From Carcharhinus longimanus (Eukaryota), in the NCBI GenBank assembly GCA_030264375.1, contig JASCQW010000061.1, positions 116,008,012-116,072,011 of the forward strand: a DNA stretch of 64,000 nucleotides, written 5' to 3'. Below, piece by piece: positions 50,480 to 64,000 of the stretch. The position numbers were made by a program, and so were the translations under genes. The stretch's first letter is position 1. Each line of letters opens with the position of its first letter. The notes below the pieces were generated by a model, which saw only the letters and a list, made by a program, of their open reading frames with translations, searched no databases and had not been told where the DNA came from.

Positions 50480-52025
50480 ATGCTCAGTGTGAATGCTGCC
50501 AGGGTCACTCAGCTCCTGACCTCATTGCAGCCTTTGTTCAAACATGGACAAGAGCTGAATTCCAGATTTGAGGTGAGGGTGACTGCCCTTGACATCAAGG
50601 CAACAGTAAAATTGAAACCAGTAAGTTAGAGAAAAGCCCTTTGCTGTTTGGAATCATACCTAGCAAAATGGAGATAGTTGTTGGTGGCCAATCATTTCAG
50701 CCAGAGGACAACAATACAGAAGTTCCTCAGGGCAGTGTCCGAGGTACAACTACCTTCGGCTGTTTCATCAATGACCTTCCCTCCATCATAAGGCACAAGT
50801 GGGGATTTTGTTGGTGATTTCGCACTGCACAGTTCCGTTTGCAACTCCTCAGAAAATGATCAATCCATGCCCACATGTGCAGTAAGACCTGGACAGCAGC
50901 CATACTTAGGCTGCTAAGTGGCAAAGAACATTCATGCTACACAGTGGGACAATGTAATCTTTAACAATAGCAAAACTAACTCTCTGCGCTTGACATTTAA
51001 TGGCATTCCCATTGCTGAATTACACACAACATCCTGCAGGTGCTTATTGCCAGAAACTCAACTGGACTAACTTTATAAATACTATGACTATAAAAGCAGA
51101 TCAGAGGATATGTATTTTTATAGAACCATAGAATCCGACAGTGCAGAAAGAGGCCCTTCGGCCCATTGAGTCTTCACTGACCACAATCCCACCCAGGCCC
51201 TACCCCATATCCCTGCATATTTTACCCGCTAATCCCTCTAACCTAAGCATCTCAGGACACTAAGGGGCAAGTTTAGCATAGCCAGTTAACCTAACCTGCA
51301 CATCTTTGGACTATGTGAGGAAACCCGAGCACCCAGAGGAAACCCATGCAGACACGAGGAGATTATGCAAACTCCACACAGGCAGTGACCCAAGCTGGGA
51401 ATTGAGCCCAGGTCCCTGGAGATGTGAAGCAGCAGGTGCTAACCACTGTGCTACTGTGCTGACCCATTTTGCAGTGGGTAACTCACTTCCTGACTCTTTA
51501 ACAACTTTCCACTATCTACAAGGCACAAGTTAGGCATGTGATAGAATATTCTCCATATACTTAGAGTGTAGTTCCAATAATATTCAAGCAACTCAACAAA
51601 GCAACCCTCTTAATTGGCACCACATCCACTACCCTCAACATTCACTCTCCACCACCGACACACAGTGTCTGCAGTGTGTACTATATACAGGATACATTGC
51701 AGCAACTTGTCAAGGTTCCTCCAACAGCACATTTCAAATCCTGACATCTGCCATTTAGAAAAGAAAGGGCAGCAAGCGTAAAACAACATCACAACTGCAG
51801 AGTCCCCTCCAATTCACATATCTTTCTGACATATCTGATTATCACTGTTCCTTTACTTTCACTGGATCGATATCCTAAAACTACTTCCCTAACAGAACTG
51901 TAGGTGTACCTACAGTAAGTGAACAGCAGTTCAAGAAGTCAACACATCACCACTTTCTTGGGGGCTATTAGGATTAGGGAACAAATGCTAAGCTACTTTG
52001 CAATAAGCATATCCCATGAATGAAT
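50480..52025 (+). mobile_element. Old CR1/L2-clade LINE RT and 3' end
   Basis: VRVTALDIKA, VPQGSVRGTT.F..FINDLPS; same family as ~31920-32420. Confidence 0.7.
51119..51462 (-). mobile_element. HE1-type SINE
   Basis: Full reverse complement, highly similar to 20070-20405. Confidence 0.88.
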
Positions 52026-52118
52026 TAAAAAGAAAACATTAGTTATTTTCCCCAATATTGGAAAAGCAATGAGTTTTTTAGCTATCCAATTCCAAATTAA
52101 AGCAATATCTGAACATAT

Positions 52119-52460
52119 AATCATAGAATCCCTGCAGTGTGGAAAGAGACCATCTGGCCTATCAAATCTGCACTGGCTCTCTGAAAGAGCATCTCACCCA
52201 GGCTGCACCCCCGCTCCATCCTGTCACCCTGTGCATTTACCATGGCTAATATACATAACCTACACATCTTTTAGACACCATGGGACGATTTAGCATGACC
52301 AATCCACCTAACCTGCACATCTTGGGGCTGTGAGAGAAAACTGAAGCACCCAGAGGAAACTCATGCAGTGCAAACTCCTCACAGACAATCACCTAAGGCA
52401 GGAATTAGGTCCCTGGCACTTGAGGCAGCAGGGCTAATCGCTTTGCCACTGTGCTGCCCC
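52119..52460 (-). mobile_element. HE1-related SINE (older)
   Basis: atcatagaatccctgcagtg...tttagcatgaccaatccacctaacctgcacatc. Confidence 0.8.
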
Positions 52461-52957
52461 ATCAATGGTACCTTTAGTATGAAGCATGCAAGCTGAGTCT
52501 GTGCCGCAAAACCTGACTTACACACGTTTCATAAAAAGTTGTGAAGATCCCCAGGAATCAGTATGGTTCACGAAATCCACACTGCAACATATAGATAGAT
52601 CACACTAAACTTCTGCAAAGAATTTCATCCAAATAAAAGCCAGGCTCTGATATCAATGGTCTATCAAGCTTGGGGATTACTAAAGGACATTCAATTCAAC
52701 ATTAGCATCCCTTACTGATTCTTTTTTTTGGCCAGGGAGCAAAATATGGAGTCCTCCATCTTCTGATTTCAGTATTAATAAGCTTGATAAATTTCTTACG
52801 TTAATTTTTGACAGACCAGCCGTAAAGCCCATTGTGCAATCCTCAGAGAAATGGCTAAGAAAGCTTACTGATTACTGTCATCAAAACATCAAAATGATAC
52901 AATTAAAGGAAGGGAACAATATTTGGTGAAAGTATTGGTAATAGAAAGAAAAAGAAA

Positions 52958-53680
52958 TACTTGCATTTATAAAGCATCTTTCACAATCTCAGGATATCCC
53001 AAAGTGTAGTTGTTGTTTTAATGTTGCAAAATGCAATAACCAGTTGCTTCAGCAATGAGATTATGCCCAGATTGGCTGGTGCTGTTGGTTGAAAAATATA
53101 CATTGATTAGGACAACTTGCCTGTTCTTTTCTGAAAAACTGCCATGGGATATTTCTGTTATGCCCTCTTGAGAGACCAAAGTAGGTATTGGTTTAGAACC
53201 TATAGAATCCCTATAGTACAGAAGGAGGCCATTGCCCCATCAACTCTGCACCAATCGCAATCCCACCCAGGCCCTTTTCCCATAAGCCCACATATTTACC
53301 CTGCTAATCCCCCTGATACGAGGGTCAATTTAGCATGGCCAATCTAGCAACCTAATCCGCACATCTTTGGACTGTGGGAAGAAACTGGAGCACCCGGAGG
53401 AAACCCATGCTGGCACAGGGAGAATGTGCAAACTCCACACAGACAGTGACCCGAGGTCGGAATTGAACCTGGGTACCTGGCGCTGTGAGGCAACAGTGCT
53501 AACCACTATACCACCATGCCTCCCTTAATGTTTAATGTATCATCTCAAAGACAGCACCTTTAACACTGCAGCACTCTCTCAGTACTGGATTGAAGTGTCA
53601 GTCTAGACTTGTGGTCAAGTTTGGAGTGGGACTCAGATCCATGACTAACTTAGTGATGAAAGTATTGAACCAAGGCAAAC
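52958..53680 (-). mobile_element. SacSINE1/Deu-domain SINE interrupted by an HE1 SINE
   Basis: Deu-like gacagcacctttaacactgcagcactctctcagtactggattgaagtgtcagtctag; tail tacttgcatttataaagcatctttcacaatctcagg (also at ~2945-3050). Confidence 0.65.
53193..53521 (-). mobile_element. HE1-type SINE
   Basis: Full reverse complement with tRNA head ggcatggtggtatagtggttagcactg. Confidence 0.88.
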
Positions 53681-54229
53681 ACCTTAAAAACATCCTTTGA
53701 AAACATCTTAGGCTACCGCTCCATAAAAATGTATCTACGTCTTCCAAAATTGAACGGGTTGATAATTTCACACGAACAATTACTTCTGATCAGGAATGTG
53801 TGCTGTGGTCTCTTAAATGGAGTGATTTGCTAGTTGGCCCCGTAAAAAAGATTGCACCTAGAATTATTTCTTCTTGAGCTAATAGGTTTTGGCTCCTTCC
53901 CCCATCAATGAATGACTCACGTAAAAGAAAAATCACAAAGTAATTATTTAAATTACACTGCAGTACTGATGTTGCCAAGCAAGCCTTGGTTCAAACAGGA
54001 GAGAAAAGTCTGTTTAATTTACCATCAGACATGCAGTGCTGCAGCAGAATGTTTATAGACTTCATTATCATGATCAAGCCCCAATCTTTGCAAATTAGAT
54101 GTTACATTCTAGCTGTGACCAGTGCTAATAAAGAGAATGTCAGCAACTTAGAAACCATATGGAACTAAACAAACTCTTCTATTAATTTTGTCAGGAGTAG
54201 ATGTATTAGTATAATAGTAATGGCCATCT

Positions 54230-55890
54230 CCTTTCCTTGGGATTGCCACCTTGCCTTAGTGGAGAGGCTTGAACATTCCTGAGAGCGATGCCATTGGAAG
54301 TCTTAAACTCTCGGCAGGGTTACCCATGATGGTCAGGTCGGAGGAGAGGAGCTAAACAAAGCGCAAATCAAAACACGTCCTCAAGGTGGCTCAAGCAGAA
54401 GGTACTCATATGTATCAGTGGCTCCACTGGCAGATTAAGGCTGGAGCAGTAGTGAGATCCCCAGTCATCAAGGTTCCCATGCCACTGGAATTAGAACTAC
54501 CTTCTGTCAAGGACCATTTTATCTTGACAACAATGCAACAGCATTCCCACATTAAAAAATGTCCTGCATCAGGCATCTACCTAGAGGAAACTAACATACA
54601 CTCCCCACTCAAACAACCCTTACAGCGATCGACAAGAAGTGATGGAGATAGGGCCATGAAATCTGGAACTCCCTAGCTTCAGTTCGGCCACATAAGCAGT
54701 GGAGTTTGATTCAGTCATTTTGCTCTTGGAATAGGAGCAGGAGAGCATTTCGGCATTTGCTTCACAACTGAGGAGCCCTCTTCTGGATCCATTCTGCTTA
54801 CCCCACATGTGGAAGGTGTTAGAAGAAAGTGCCCTAAAAATAGTCCGTTCCATCACAAATCTAGTTGGAAAACCCCATCCAGTGGGATCATCTACCTGTA
54901 GTCAAAAAATCAATGTTGAATTCAATTTCAGTAGCTGGAATCTACGAGCCCTCATAGATAATAAGTAAAATTGTCAACCCAAACAGAGAATTGCTGTTGT
55001 TGTCTGTGAACTCAGGCACTTCAACATTAATGTAAGTGTGCTGCAAGAGACCGTATGAGCAGGCAAAGAGCAGCTGAGGGAAGATGGTGGTGATTACACT
55101 TTCTGAAGAGGAAAGCTCGAGGATCAGCCCAGGACACATGGATTTGGATTTGCCATCAAGAATGAATTCATCAACTGACTCTCTGAGCGTCCTGTCAGCA
55201 CCAATGAGCACATCATGACTATCTGTAACGTGCCAAGAACCAGCAATCAACTGGCTTGAGTGCCTATGCTCCAACCCTTAATGCCAATGATGAGTCCAAA
55301 GAAGGTTTCTACTCCACCCTGGACATACTACTCTCCAATGTTCCTAAGGAAGATAAGTTAATCTAAGTCTAATCAAAGTCATCTAAGGCTGACATTGATG
55401 CGGAGATCCAACATTGCATCCAATCCACAAGTACTGCCTTCGGAAGCCTAAGAACAAGAGTTTTCGATGACCATGACATTTTGTGCTGGTATCAGTCCTC
55501 CTGTACAAGTCACGCTCCCAACTCTTCTATATGGCTAAGAAATTTGGACCAAGTATGGACCCATTTCAAGGATCTGGAGAAGTACCATCAATGCTGAAAT
55601 GGATTCACTGTATCAGCTGAGAGGACAGGTGTGGCATCATCAGCATCCTTGAAGGCACCAAGAGCACCAGAATTGAGGCCATGATCAGCCAAAACCAATT
55701 CTGCTGGACTAGCCACATGCTTAGCAGCCAGAGGCTCGACTGTCAAAGCAAATCTTCTTTGCCCGGCTCAAGGAAGGCAAGTGAACAAGAGGAGGACAAA
55801 GGAAGCACTTTAATGACACCCTGAAGGCTTACCTCAAGAAATACAACATAGACATCAATGCCTGGGAGATCCTTGCTCAGGAGAGACCAA
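54230..55890 (+). mobile_element. RTE-clade LINE, internally deleted
   Basis: 5' gccaccttgccttagtggagaggcttg; endonuclease SAYAPTLNANDESKEGFY...VPKEDKLI joined to post-RT KADIDAEIQHCIQSTSTAFGSLRTRVFDDHDI. Confidence 0.75.
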
Positions 55891-57629
55891 NNNNNNNNNN
55901 NNNNNNNNNNNNNNNNNNNNNNNNNNNNNNNNNNNNNNNNNNNNNNNNNNNNNNNNNNNNNNNNNNNNNNNNNNNNNNNNNNNNNNNNNNTGCTCTATTT
56001 GTTTTAATTCCAACTTTCATAATATTCCTAGTCCTGGGCTTTTCTCTCACCCTGATAATATAGTTCTTTTTTTTAAACTTGAAGACGAGGAGTGATCTGT
56101 TCAACTTGTAAGATAAAAAAAAGTGTTTAGCTGCATTATTTGAGCTTTGGTTCCATGCCCATGAACATTTCTATCCTAATAGGTAGGGATATGTTCAGCG
56201 CAGCTTGGGGGCCTAAGAGCCTGTTTGTACTGTAGTTTTTCTATATTCTATTCTATCTGTTCTCGATGTGCTGATTTAAGTGCTCATTAGAGTCATAAAA
56301 AAAGCAAAACATTCTGACAGCATCAGTTTAGTGCAATTGCCAAGCTTAGTAAGTGTGCGATATAGCTAAATACATTTCGCTTTTCCCTTCCAAAGGCACT
56401 AGTATCATGACAGGAGATGGATACATTTGGAAAGATATAGAATAGACAACGTGTATCTAATTCTATGTGCAAAATATTATTTTTCCCCAGAGATCAATTG
56501 TAATGTTATTTTTCTCCCTCCCTAAATGCACTTATTTTGAGAATGGTGTAATGACTACTTAAAAACTACTTTCCATTTGAATTGCAGTGTGACAGTCCTA
56601 GGAAGTCCACATTGTATGTCAGACATGCTTGGTGTGAACCTCACTCAATCTATTTAACTAATCATTCAGTACTCTCAGCACAGATTGGGCACTCTGCTGA
56701 GTGCAAGTCGGTTATGGAAGTGGGGTATCCAACACAGCTTTGTAGAGATGCTAGTACTGTGCCTCAATGGGATAATTACATTTCAAAAATGTGGCACAGA
56801 ATCTCGTCCAACTTTACTTTGTATCTACAGAATAATTTTCCAAAATTATGACCTGAATTCATATCCACTGGCAGCCAACATCTGAAATTCAGAAGCAGGT
56901 CTGAATTTCAATTTGTGCTCCAGCATTGATATTCCTGCCAGGTGACAAAAAAAGTCAGAAATTTATCTTTTTGTTATCCTTTAATTGTAAAACTGCAATG
57001 AACAACACTGCTAGGTAGTACTTGGCATAAAATTATGCCAAAAGACATTCTGTCTAACCTACCACCGTCTAGAGTTTCCCAAAGTTGTTACAAGGGTGCT
57101 AAACATTCTTGATCAATTAGCTAACAGCGAGGCAGCACTGACTTGTGTTTTGTCAAAGATTTGGACATTTATTCTGCTGCTATGATTTGAGCTTTATTTG
57201 TAATGGTCGATTAAACATTTTGGATAGAATAATTTAGTTATGCATCTGGCTGCCTCACCAACTCATAACAAGCTGACTTATCCCACCATGTATGATCTTC
57301 TGGCAGACAGGGAAGGAAGGAAAGATTTGACCTTGTGAAACGGTACCTATTTTAATACCTAAACCATTGATGCAGTGCAGCGCAATCATTTGGCTAGGTT
57401 TAGAGGTCAGGTTTGGGAAATTTTGCACCCTGGTTGTAGATGATCTCACACTTCACAGCACTACTTACTAGGCCCTGCCAGGAGCTGTCACAGTCACTGT
57501 GACCTGGAACTTCTTTGCCTTTGTTCCCTTCCAAGGATCAGCTGAGGATCTTGATAGCCTTTCACTGAGTTATAAACCGGTGAATCGCAGAGCTATTCAT
57601 GTCCTATTTCTGAAAATGCCCCATTGTGA

Positions 57630-58560
57630 AGTTTGTTTCCCAAATTGGAAGTCTATAGAGCAATAGTTCTGCCCTCTTGCTCTATGCATGTGAGACTTGG
57701 ACTGTGTACCAGTGCCATAGTAAGAAGTCTGACAACACCAGGTCCAATCNNNNNNNNNNNNNNNNNNNNNNNNNNNNNNNNNNNNNNNNNNNNNNNNNNN
57801 NNNNNNNNNNNNNNNNNNNNNNNNNNNNNNNNNNNNNNNNNNNNNNNNNGGGTTTGTCCCTTTGTCAGGTGAATGGACAAGCCCCAAAAGCTTGTGAGTT
57901 TACTAAGAAATAATTCGGTTGGACTTGAACCTGGTGTTGTCAGACTTCTTACTGTGTATAACCCAGTCCAACGCCGGCATCTCCACGACATGACTACCAG
58001 TGTCATGCCAGTGCCAAAAAGCTCAGCCACTTTCCTTTGAGTTTCTGAAGATAAAATGGCAAGACAAAACACCAGATACTGAGGTGCTCTCCGAGCTGAC
58101 AGGCCAAGTACCCATACTGATACAGTCACACTGGAGCTGTGCTGGTCATGTAGCCAGAATGCCTGACCTTCCCTCAGCGGAACAAATCTAAGGACAGCTT
58201 GAGTCTGGGAGCATTCTCACAGCGGTCAAAGGAAGTGTTATAAAAACCCAGAAAACTTCACTCAGGAATTTTGATATCAGCTTTGAGTCCTGGGAGGAAC
58301 TCACCCAGTATTGCTCTACCCAACTGAATAAAAAAACGGAACAGCCTCTTTGAAAATAAGCACACATCGTGGGCAGAGAGAAAATGCAAGGCAAGGAAAT
58401 CACAAGCCAGAAATTCACCCAAAACTCAAAGATCTGCAGTATCCTCTCCTGTTTATACTGGAACCTTTGGGCACAGCAGTCACCTACATATCCACCAGAA
58501 CTCCACCAAACACCCCAGATTACGAACATTGTTATCTTCTGCTCAAAGAACAAACAAGAA
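57630..58560 (+). mobile_element. RTE-clade LINE 3' remnant
   Basis: KLEVYRAIVLP, LYACETWTVYQCH, LKIKWQDKTPDTEVL, AGHVARMPD. Confidence 0.85.
57719..57993. mobile_element. Penelope pLTR-derived inverted-repeat insertion (opposite orientation, centre in gap)
   Basis: Arms as at 7893 and 40801; TSD taccagtgccat (57707-57718) / taccagtgtcat (57995-58006). Confidence 0.82.
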
Positions 58561-59683
58561 AAAGTTGGGCAATACATTCAATGTGAGCCAAGCGACTTCC
58601 AGATGAGATTCTTCAACAGAAAAGATTTTTGTTCCCTCAACCTTTAACTGGTATGCTTTTGCTACGTGTGTGCTCACTTTCCTTACAGCTGCCATCATCT
58701 CTTCGTCCTCCTACGATCCAGACAACTACTGTCCATGCACCTCCCTTCCAAACTCTGTGGATGTATGTGAGAGAACAAAGATTGTTACTTGCCTATTCCC
58801 GAAAACCCGAGTACAAGACTGAAGAGCCTCATTAGGATGCCGTCAATGTCAGGGATCATATCATCCAGGCATGTCTCAGCTGAACCTCTCAAATGCAAAG
58901 GATGGTATGGTCGAGAACTCACCTGTGAGAGTATTTCAAGGAAGGTGCAGTCTGGAATAGGTCCACTCTTACCACCAATCAAGGCTCACATATGTCCAGA
59001 GATTTCACTGCCCTCTTCAAGACCCCTTGCTCCTCTTCATCACTTCACCCTTATCCTTTACAGGTTGCTCACAAATCTGGCTTTGTGTCAATATTTGCAT
59101 AGTCTTCATGAAGAAAAGTGCTCATTTGCAGATGAAATAATCTCCAGTGACCCACGCAATGCTCAGCCCTGATGTGGTGTCCTCCAGACTCAGGCGTGTC
59201 TAAGCTGTGCTTCCCTTCTGGCATTGGAGGAGGTGGAGATGGCTTGCTCACTTGTCTTTGATTGTGGCTGAGGTGCACATGACAGTCTTCCTTGTTGTGG
59301 AGATGCCAGTGGGGGCACCTCTAGAGAATGCCTGCACCAGCGTCATTGGAGGGGCAGCCACCATCACTGTGCCCTGTTGCACTGATGTTTCCACAGTCAG
59401 AGGGGCCAAGGAGGCCATTGACAATAATGTGATGTGCAGAAGGGAATTTTAGGTCAGCTAGTTAGATCCACAAACAGATGTTTAATCTATAGTGGCAGAA
59501 TTGCTAGAAGGAGTTAAATAATTCTACCTAATGAGTTAATGTTAACCGTTTGCTCATATGTGAATGCAATAACAGTATTAAAACAAAATGAATATGATTT
59601 TAAAGTGTATATTGGAATATTAAATGTATTTTTAATATAAATGCATTGTTTGTCTCAGAAAAAATTGCAAATGCTACAGAAGG

Positions 59684-60022
59684 ACGGCATGGTAGCACAG
59701 TGGTTAGCACTGCTGCTTCACAGCTCCAGGGTCCCGGGTTCGATTCCCGGTTCGGGCGACTGTCTGTGTGGAGTTTGCACATTCTCCTCGTGTCTGCGTG
59801 GGTTTCCTCTGGGTACTCCAGTTTCCTCCCACAGTCCAAAGATGTGCAGGTTAGGTTGATTGACCATGCTAAGAAATTGCCCCTTAGTATCCAGGGATGC
59901 GTAGGTTAGAGGAATGAGTGGATATAATATGTAGGGATATGGAGGTACGGCCTGAGTGGGATTGTGTTCGTTGCAGACTCGATGGGCCGAAGGGCCTCTT
60001 TCTGCACTGCAGGGTTCTATGA
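59684..60022 (+). mobile_element. Full-length young HE1-type SINE
   Basis: cggcatggtagcacagtggttagcactgctgcttcacagctccagggtcccgggttcgattccc (A/B boxes) through ctgcactgcagggttctatgat. Confidence 0.92.
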
Positions 60023-60039
60023 TATTAAATGTTGCTATT

Positions 60040-60954
60040 ATAACTGCTCCCACTACCTTCAGGGCAGCAAGTTCCAGACATTCACCACCCTATGTGTAAA
60101 ATAAAAACTTGCCTCACACATCTCCTCTGAACTTTTCCCCATGCACCTTAAACCTATGTCCCCCAGTACTTGACTTTTCTACCCTAGGAAAGAAATCTGA
60201 CTATCCACTCTGTCCATGCCACTCAATCTTGTAAACCTTTATCAGGTCACCTCTCAACCTCTGCCATTCCAGTGAGAATAAATAGAGTTTATCCAATTTG
60301 TCCTCATAGCTAATACCCTCCAGACCAGGAAACATGCTGGTAAACCTCTTCTGTACCCTCCCCAAAGCATCCACATCCTTATGGTAGTGTGACTACCAGA
60401 ATTGTACACAATATTCTAATTGGCAGCATGACCTGCCAATTTTGCAAGCTTGCCATATGCCTTGACTACCTTATCCACCTGTGTTCCTCTTTGTGATTGG
60501 TGCACATGTACGTCTGCCTGTCAACACTCCTAAGGGTTCTACCATTTACTGTATAATTCCTACCGGCACTGGACCTTCCAAAATGCATTATCTCACAATT
60601 GTCCATTTCTTCGCCCAAGTCTCCAAGTGGGTCTGTATCTTGCTGTATCCTCTGACAACCCTCTTCACCATCCACAACTCCTCCAATTGTTGTGTAATCT
60701 GTGAACTTACTAATCAGACTAGCTATATTTTCCTTCAAATCATTTCTATATACTATGAACAACAAGTCCCAGAACTGATGAGCCCTGTGGAACACTGTTA
60801 GTTACAGCCTTCCATTCAGGAAACACCCCTGCATTGCTACCCTCTGTCTTCTATGGCCAAGACAGTTCTGTATCCAACTTGCGAGCTCTCAACTGATCCC
60901 TCGTGACTTCACCTTTCGTACCAGTCTACCATGAGGTACCCTGTCAAAGGTTTT
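60040..60954 (-). mobile_element. CR1 RT and 3' remnant
   Basis: KTFDRVPHGRLVRKVK, ISKFTDYTTIGGVVD, CEIMHFGRS. Confidence 0.88.
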
Positions 60955-62429
60955 NNNNNNNNNNNNNNNNNNNNNNNNNNNNNNNNNNNNNNNNNNNNNN
61001 NNNNNNNNNNNNNNNNNNNNNNNNNNNNNNNNNNNNNNNNNNNNNNNNNNNNNNGGGGGGGGCAGTAAGGGCCTGCAATCAGTGGAGGAGGGAGAAGATC
61101 CGTGATTGGTGAGGGAGGGCAGTGGGGCCACGTTTGGTGGGATGGGGCAGTGGGACCACAATGATTAGGGGAGGGCAGTAGGGCCATGATCAATGGGGGA
61201 GGGAGAGGGTCCATGATCGGTCTGGGCGGCGGGAGCTGCATCTCGGCACCCTGTGATTGCGGGGAAGGGTTAATTGAGGCTGTCTGCAGTAGCAGGGGCC
61301 TGACAGCATGTCTCTTTGTCTGTCAAATCCCTACTACTGTTAATGCACCCGTGCAGCATCAGAGATCTGCACATGCACAATACCTCCCTCCACAGGCTGT
61401 CGGGTACGTTACGCCTCTCTGACCAGAAACAGACTAGTCCAAAAATTTAAAGATACAGTGCATAAGATTGGGCCTGCAAATGTACCCAAAAACGAATCTG
61501 GAACTCTCCCAGTTTCATATCCGCCTGACACTTAGAAAAAAATCTTGTAAAATTCCACTCTAACCAACTTACTTTAGAAGTCCTGCTTTTCGTATGTAAG
61601 TGTGACATGCATTCTAATGTCTCCACTTTGACCTTTTGTATTGAGCCCAAAGCCTGAGTAGGATCACTTTTTGGCTCCCCCCACTCCCCCAGCTCCTGTC
61701 AGCCTGAAAATTGAGGCTGGATTGGAAAGACCCCTTAAGTGGTCAATAATTGGCCGAGTAAAGGGCCCCAACTGGGGCAAGGGTGAGTGGACTGGCGAAG
61801 GCCTCGCCATCATGGCACAAATTGTGGGTTGGTCAGGATGGGGCGGGAGTCCAGTGGGAAATCTACCCAAAGATTTTATAGTCACCCCTTGTAGGTATGT
61901 TGGGTTCCTAAATCACCTGAGAGAAAGAAATTTCAACAAGAATTTCAACTCTGCTAAGCTGGTTATTCACTAGCTTAGCAGCTACATCAACGCTTGTTCT
62001 TGCCTGCGCTCCCAGGCATAACTCCCACACTCCCGCCACATAACCTCTTTTGTAGCTGCACCATCACATCCCCATTTGACCAATCGGTCTAGATCTTTCC
62101 CATTTAGCTTGAACACTTGATGGCATGAGCTGTAACAGTGTATGCAATGGGAAACTATTGTGTAACATGCAGGTTGAACAAACTAACAATGCATAATTAC
62201 TTATATAGCGAGGCACAGATTAAACCATTGGAGCTGTTGTGTAGCTCATCATGTCTCTTTCTCCCCACTTCCCTACAGCTCTACCTATCTTCCTCCCCCT
62301 CCACCTCTCCCGCCTGCACTGTATTTCTGTCACAGCTTGAAATCAAAAGCTAGTTCTAGGCTAAGAAATAATGAAATCCTGAAACCTCATATTCAGTTTG
62401 CTCAGGCTCCCTAAGCAACACTACCAACT

Positions 62430-63572
62430 GGCATAAAGACATGTTCCCTAAGCATGAGCTCATGCCAGTTGGTAGTGTTGTAGTCTTTCTCTGGCCGGTG
62501 TCTTTTGTGTGGGTGACTTGGAATGTTCTGTCAGCGTGTTCAGTGGGTGCAAGGTTTGTTGCGTTGATCTCTGGAATAGTCTACATGTTCACTGGTGTAG
62601 GGGACCTGCCCCATTGTTCAGATGACTGGAGTGCTGTGTCATCTGCTGATGCTTAATGCAATACCAATTCAAATGTAGAAGGTGGCAGTGGTTGTGTACA
62701 TAGTGGGCACCATCTGAGTCTATTGGCAACTGTTCAGTCACAAGGCATGGTGGTGTACCACCACCAGCTGATCATGGCTATGTGCGCCCTGGAGCTTTGT
62801 CATTTAACCAGGTATTAGACATCCAAGTCTGTGGGCATCTTGATCATAATGCACTTTGCTTCTCAGTCTGCATTTCACTAAGGCATCATGCACATTGATT
62901 TCATATTTGGGCTGCAGCCGAGCCTTAGTAGGAATCATGATCCTTGTATGGCTGGATTAGAGTCATTGTGTTGATGAGGGAAGGTCCTGTTGTCATAGAT
63001 TTCACAGGCTGAGGTGTGCAGCATAGTAGTCTGTGCTAATTTCTCTAGAAGATGCTTGGCTGAGCTAATCGCCCATTCCATCAAAGTCCCACATGTATGC
63101 AAAGTTCCAAAATTCCATGGAGGTGAATTGCCGAGTGTTGTCTATCATGAGTCTCTGCAGGGTGCAGTGTGTGGTGAAGTGTCTTTTGAGTTTGATGATG
63201 CCCGCGGTAGCAGGTAGTTGAGTTCAAACCATCCACAATATGAATCAACTAAGATTAAATGTTGTTATCATTTCATTTGAGGATATTACCTGCTGTGAGA
63301 ACCATGGAAGTCTTGTACCTCAAATACATGAAGCGGTTCCTTTGCTTAATGAGGCTTGAGTGCATTGCATAGTGCACATCTGGAAACATCCCTTTCCATG
63401 TCTGCATACATCGAGGGCCATTACAGTGATTCCTTGGCCTGTATCTGGTTGGTTCCAACCCCGGTGAGATTGTTGAGTGTGGTACTTCTGAAGAGCAGGA
63501 GGGATGACAAATAACTGACTTCACAGTATTAGTTCATCCTCTGTAATTAGTTCATCTCTGCCTGGAGGACTC
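62430..63572 (-). mobile_element. Gypsy LTR-retrotransposon integrase remnant
   Basis: Minus strand: RDELITEDELI; DVSRCALCNALKPH.AKEPL (Zn finger); VDSYCGWFEL; LKRHFTTH..LMIDNTRQFTSMEF (rve core). Confidence 0.8.
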
Positions 63573-63649
63573 TGATGTGGAGATGCCAGCGTTGGACTGG
63601 GATAAACACAGTAAGAAGTCTCACAACACCAGGTTAAAGTCCAACAGGT
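63573..63649. mobile_element. Left arm of a Penelope pLTR-derived repeat (rest in gap)
   Basis: tgatgtggagatgccagcgttggactgggataaacacagtaagaagtctcacaacaccaggttaaagtccaacagg. Confidence 0.8.
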
Positions 63650-63807
63650 NNNNNNNNNNNNNNNNNNNNNNNNNNNNNNNNNNNNNNNNNNNNNNNNNNN
63701 NNNNNNNNNNNNNNNNNNNNNNNNNNNNNNNNNNNNNNNNNNNNNNNNNAAACCACTTTTAAATATATTCGCTTTAGTGACAGTTGAAAAGTGATGTTCT
63801 TGTTGAG

Positions 63808-64000
63808 GTGGCATGGTGGCAAAGTAGTTAGTACTGCTGCCTCACAGCGCCAGGGATCCTGATTCAATTCCAGCTTCGGGTCACTGTATGGAGTTTGCAC
63901 ATTCTCCCCGTGTCTGCGTGGGTTTCCTCCCACAGTCCAAAGATTGTGGCCATGCTAAATTGACCCAAGTGTCAGGGGGTTAGCAGGATTACAGTGATGG
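63808..64000 (+). mobile_element. HE1-type SINE with internal deletions
   Basis: ggcatggtggcaaagtagttagtactgctgcctcacagcgccagggatcc...gccatgctaaattgaccc. Confidence 0.8.

Noticed and set aside
58780-59450. Possible Harbinger nuclease remnant on minus (EQAI...SLD..SGG)
   Set aside because: Too degenerate to support from the sequence alone
59684-59760. tRNA-like A/B boxes
   Set aside because: SINE head repeated many times in the window, not a tRNA gene
7893-63649. Recurring palindromes read as a CRISPR-like array
   Set aside because: Dispersed, no repeat-spacer periodicity, eukaryotic TE context
39391-64000. Expected downstream neighbour AMPH (human synteny)
   Set aside because: No exon-1-like sequence (MADIKTGIFAKNVQKRL) found in the window

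Overview
Eukaryotic, repeat-rich, gapped draft assembly, almost certainly from a cartilaginous fish (HE1-type tRNA SINEs, HER1/CR1 LINEs, SacSINE1/Deu-like SINEs, Penelope-derived palindromes). The + strand holds the 3' ten coding exons of VPS41 (2831-39390). One exon runs into an N gap; the other junctions splice GT-AG in consistent phase to a stop at 39390, with a likely poly(A) signal at 39523. Most unexpected: two intact, consecutive axonemal dynein heavy chain exons (DNAH11-like, 21616-21786 and 24294-24416) sit on the same strand inside one VPS41 intron, with their own intron retained. This is either a real DNA-level duplication or a chimeric assembly. Other notable items are short Penelope-derived inverted-repeat insertions with minimal hammerhead ribozyme cores and ~12-bp target-site duplications, a second hammerhead next to a decayed Penelope RT, and a dimeric U2-snRNA-headed element. 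Most of the rest is decayed transposon sequence (CR1, L2-like, RTE, Gypsy, Harbinger-like, MITE-like). Nearly all ORFs in the supplied track are spurious or TE-derived. Family and gene calls rest on recalled consensus and protein sequences, not database searches; TE boundaries are approximate.
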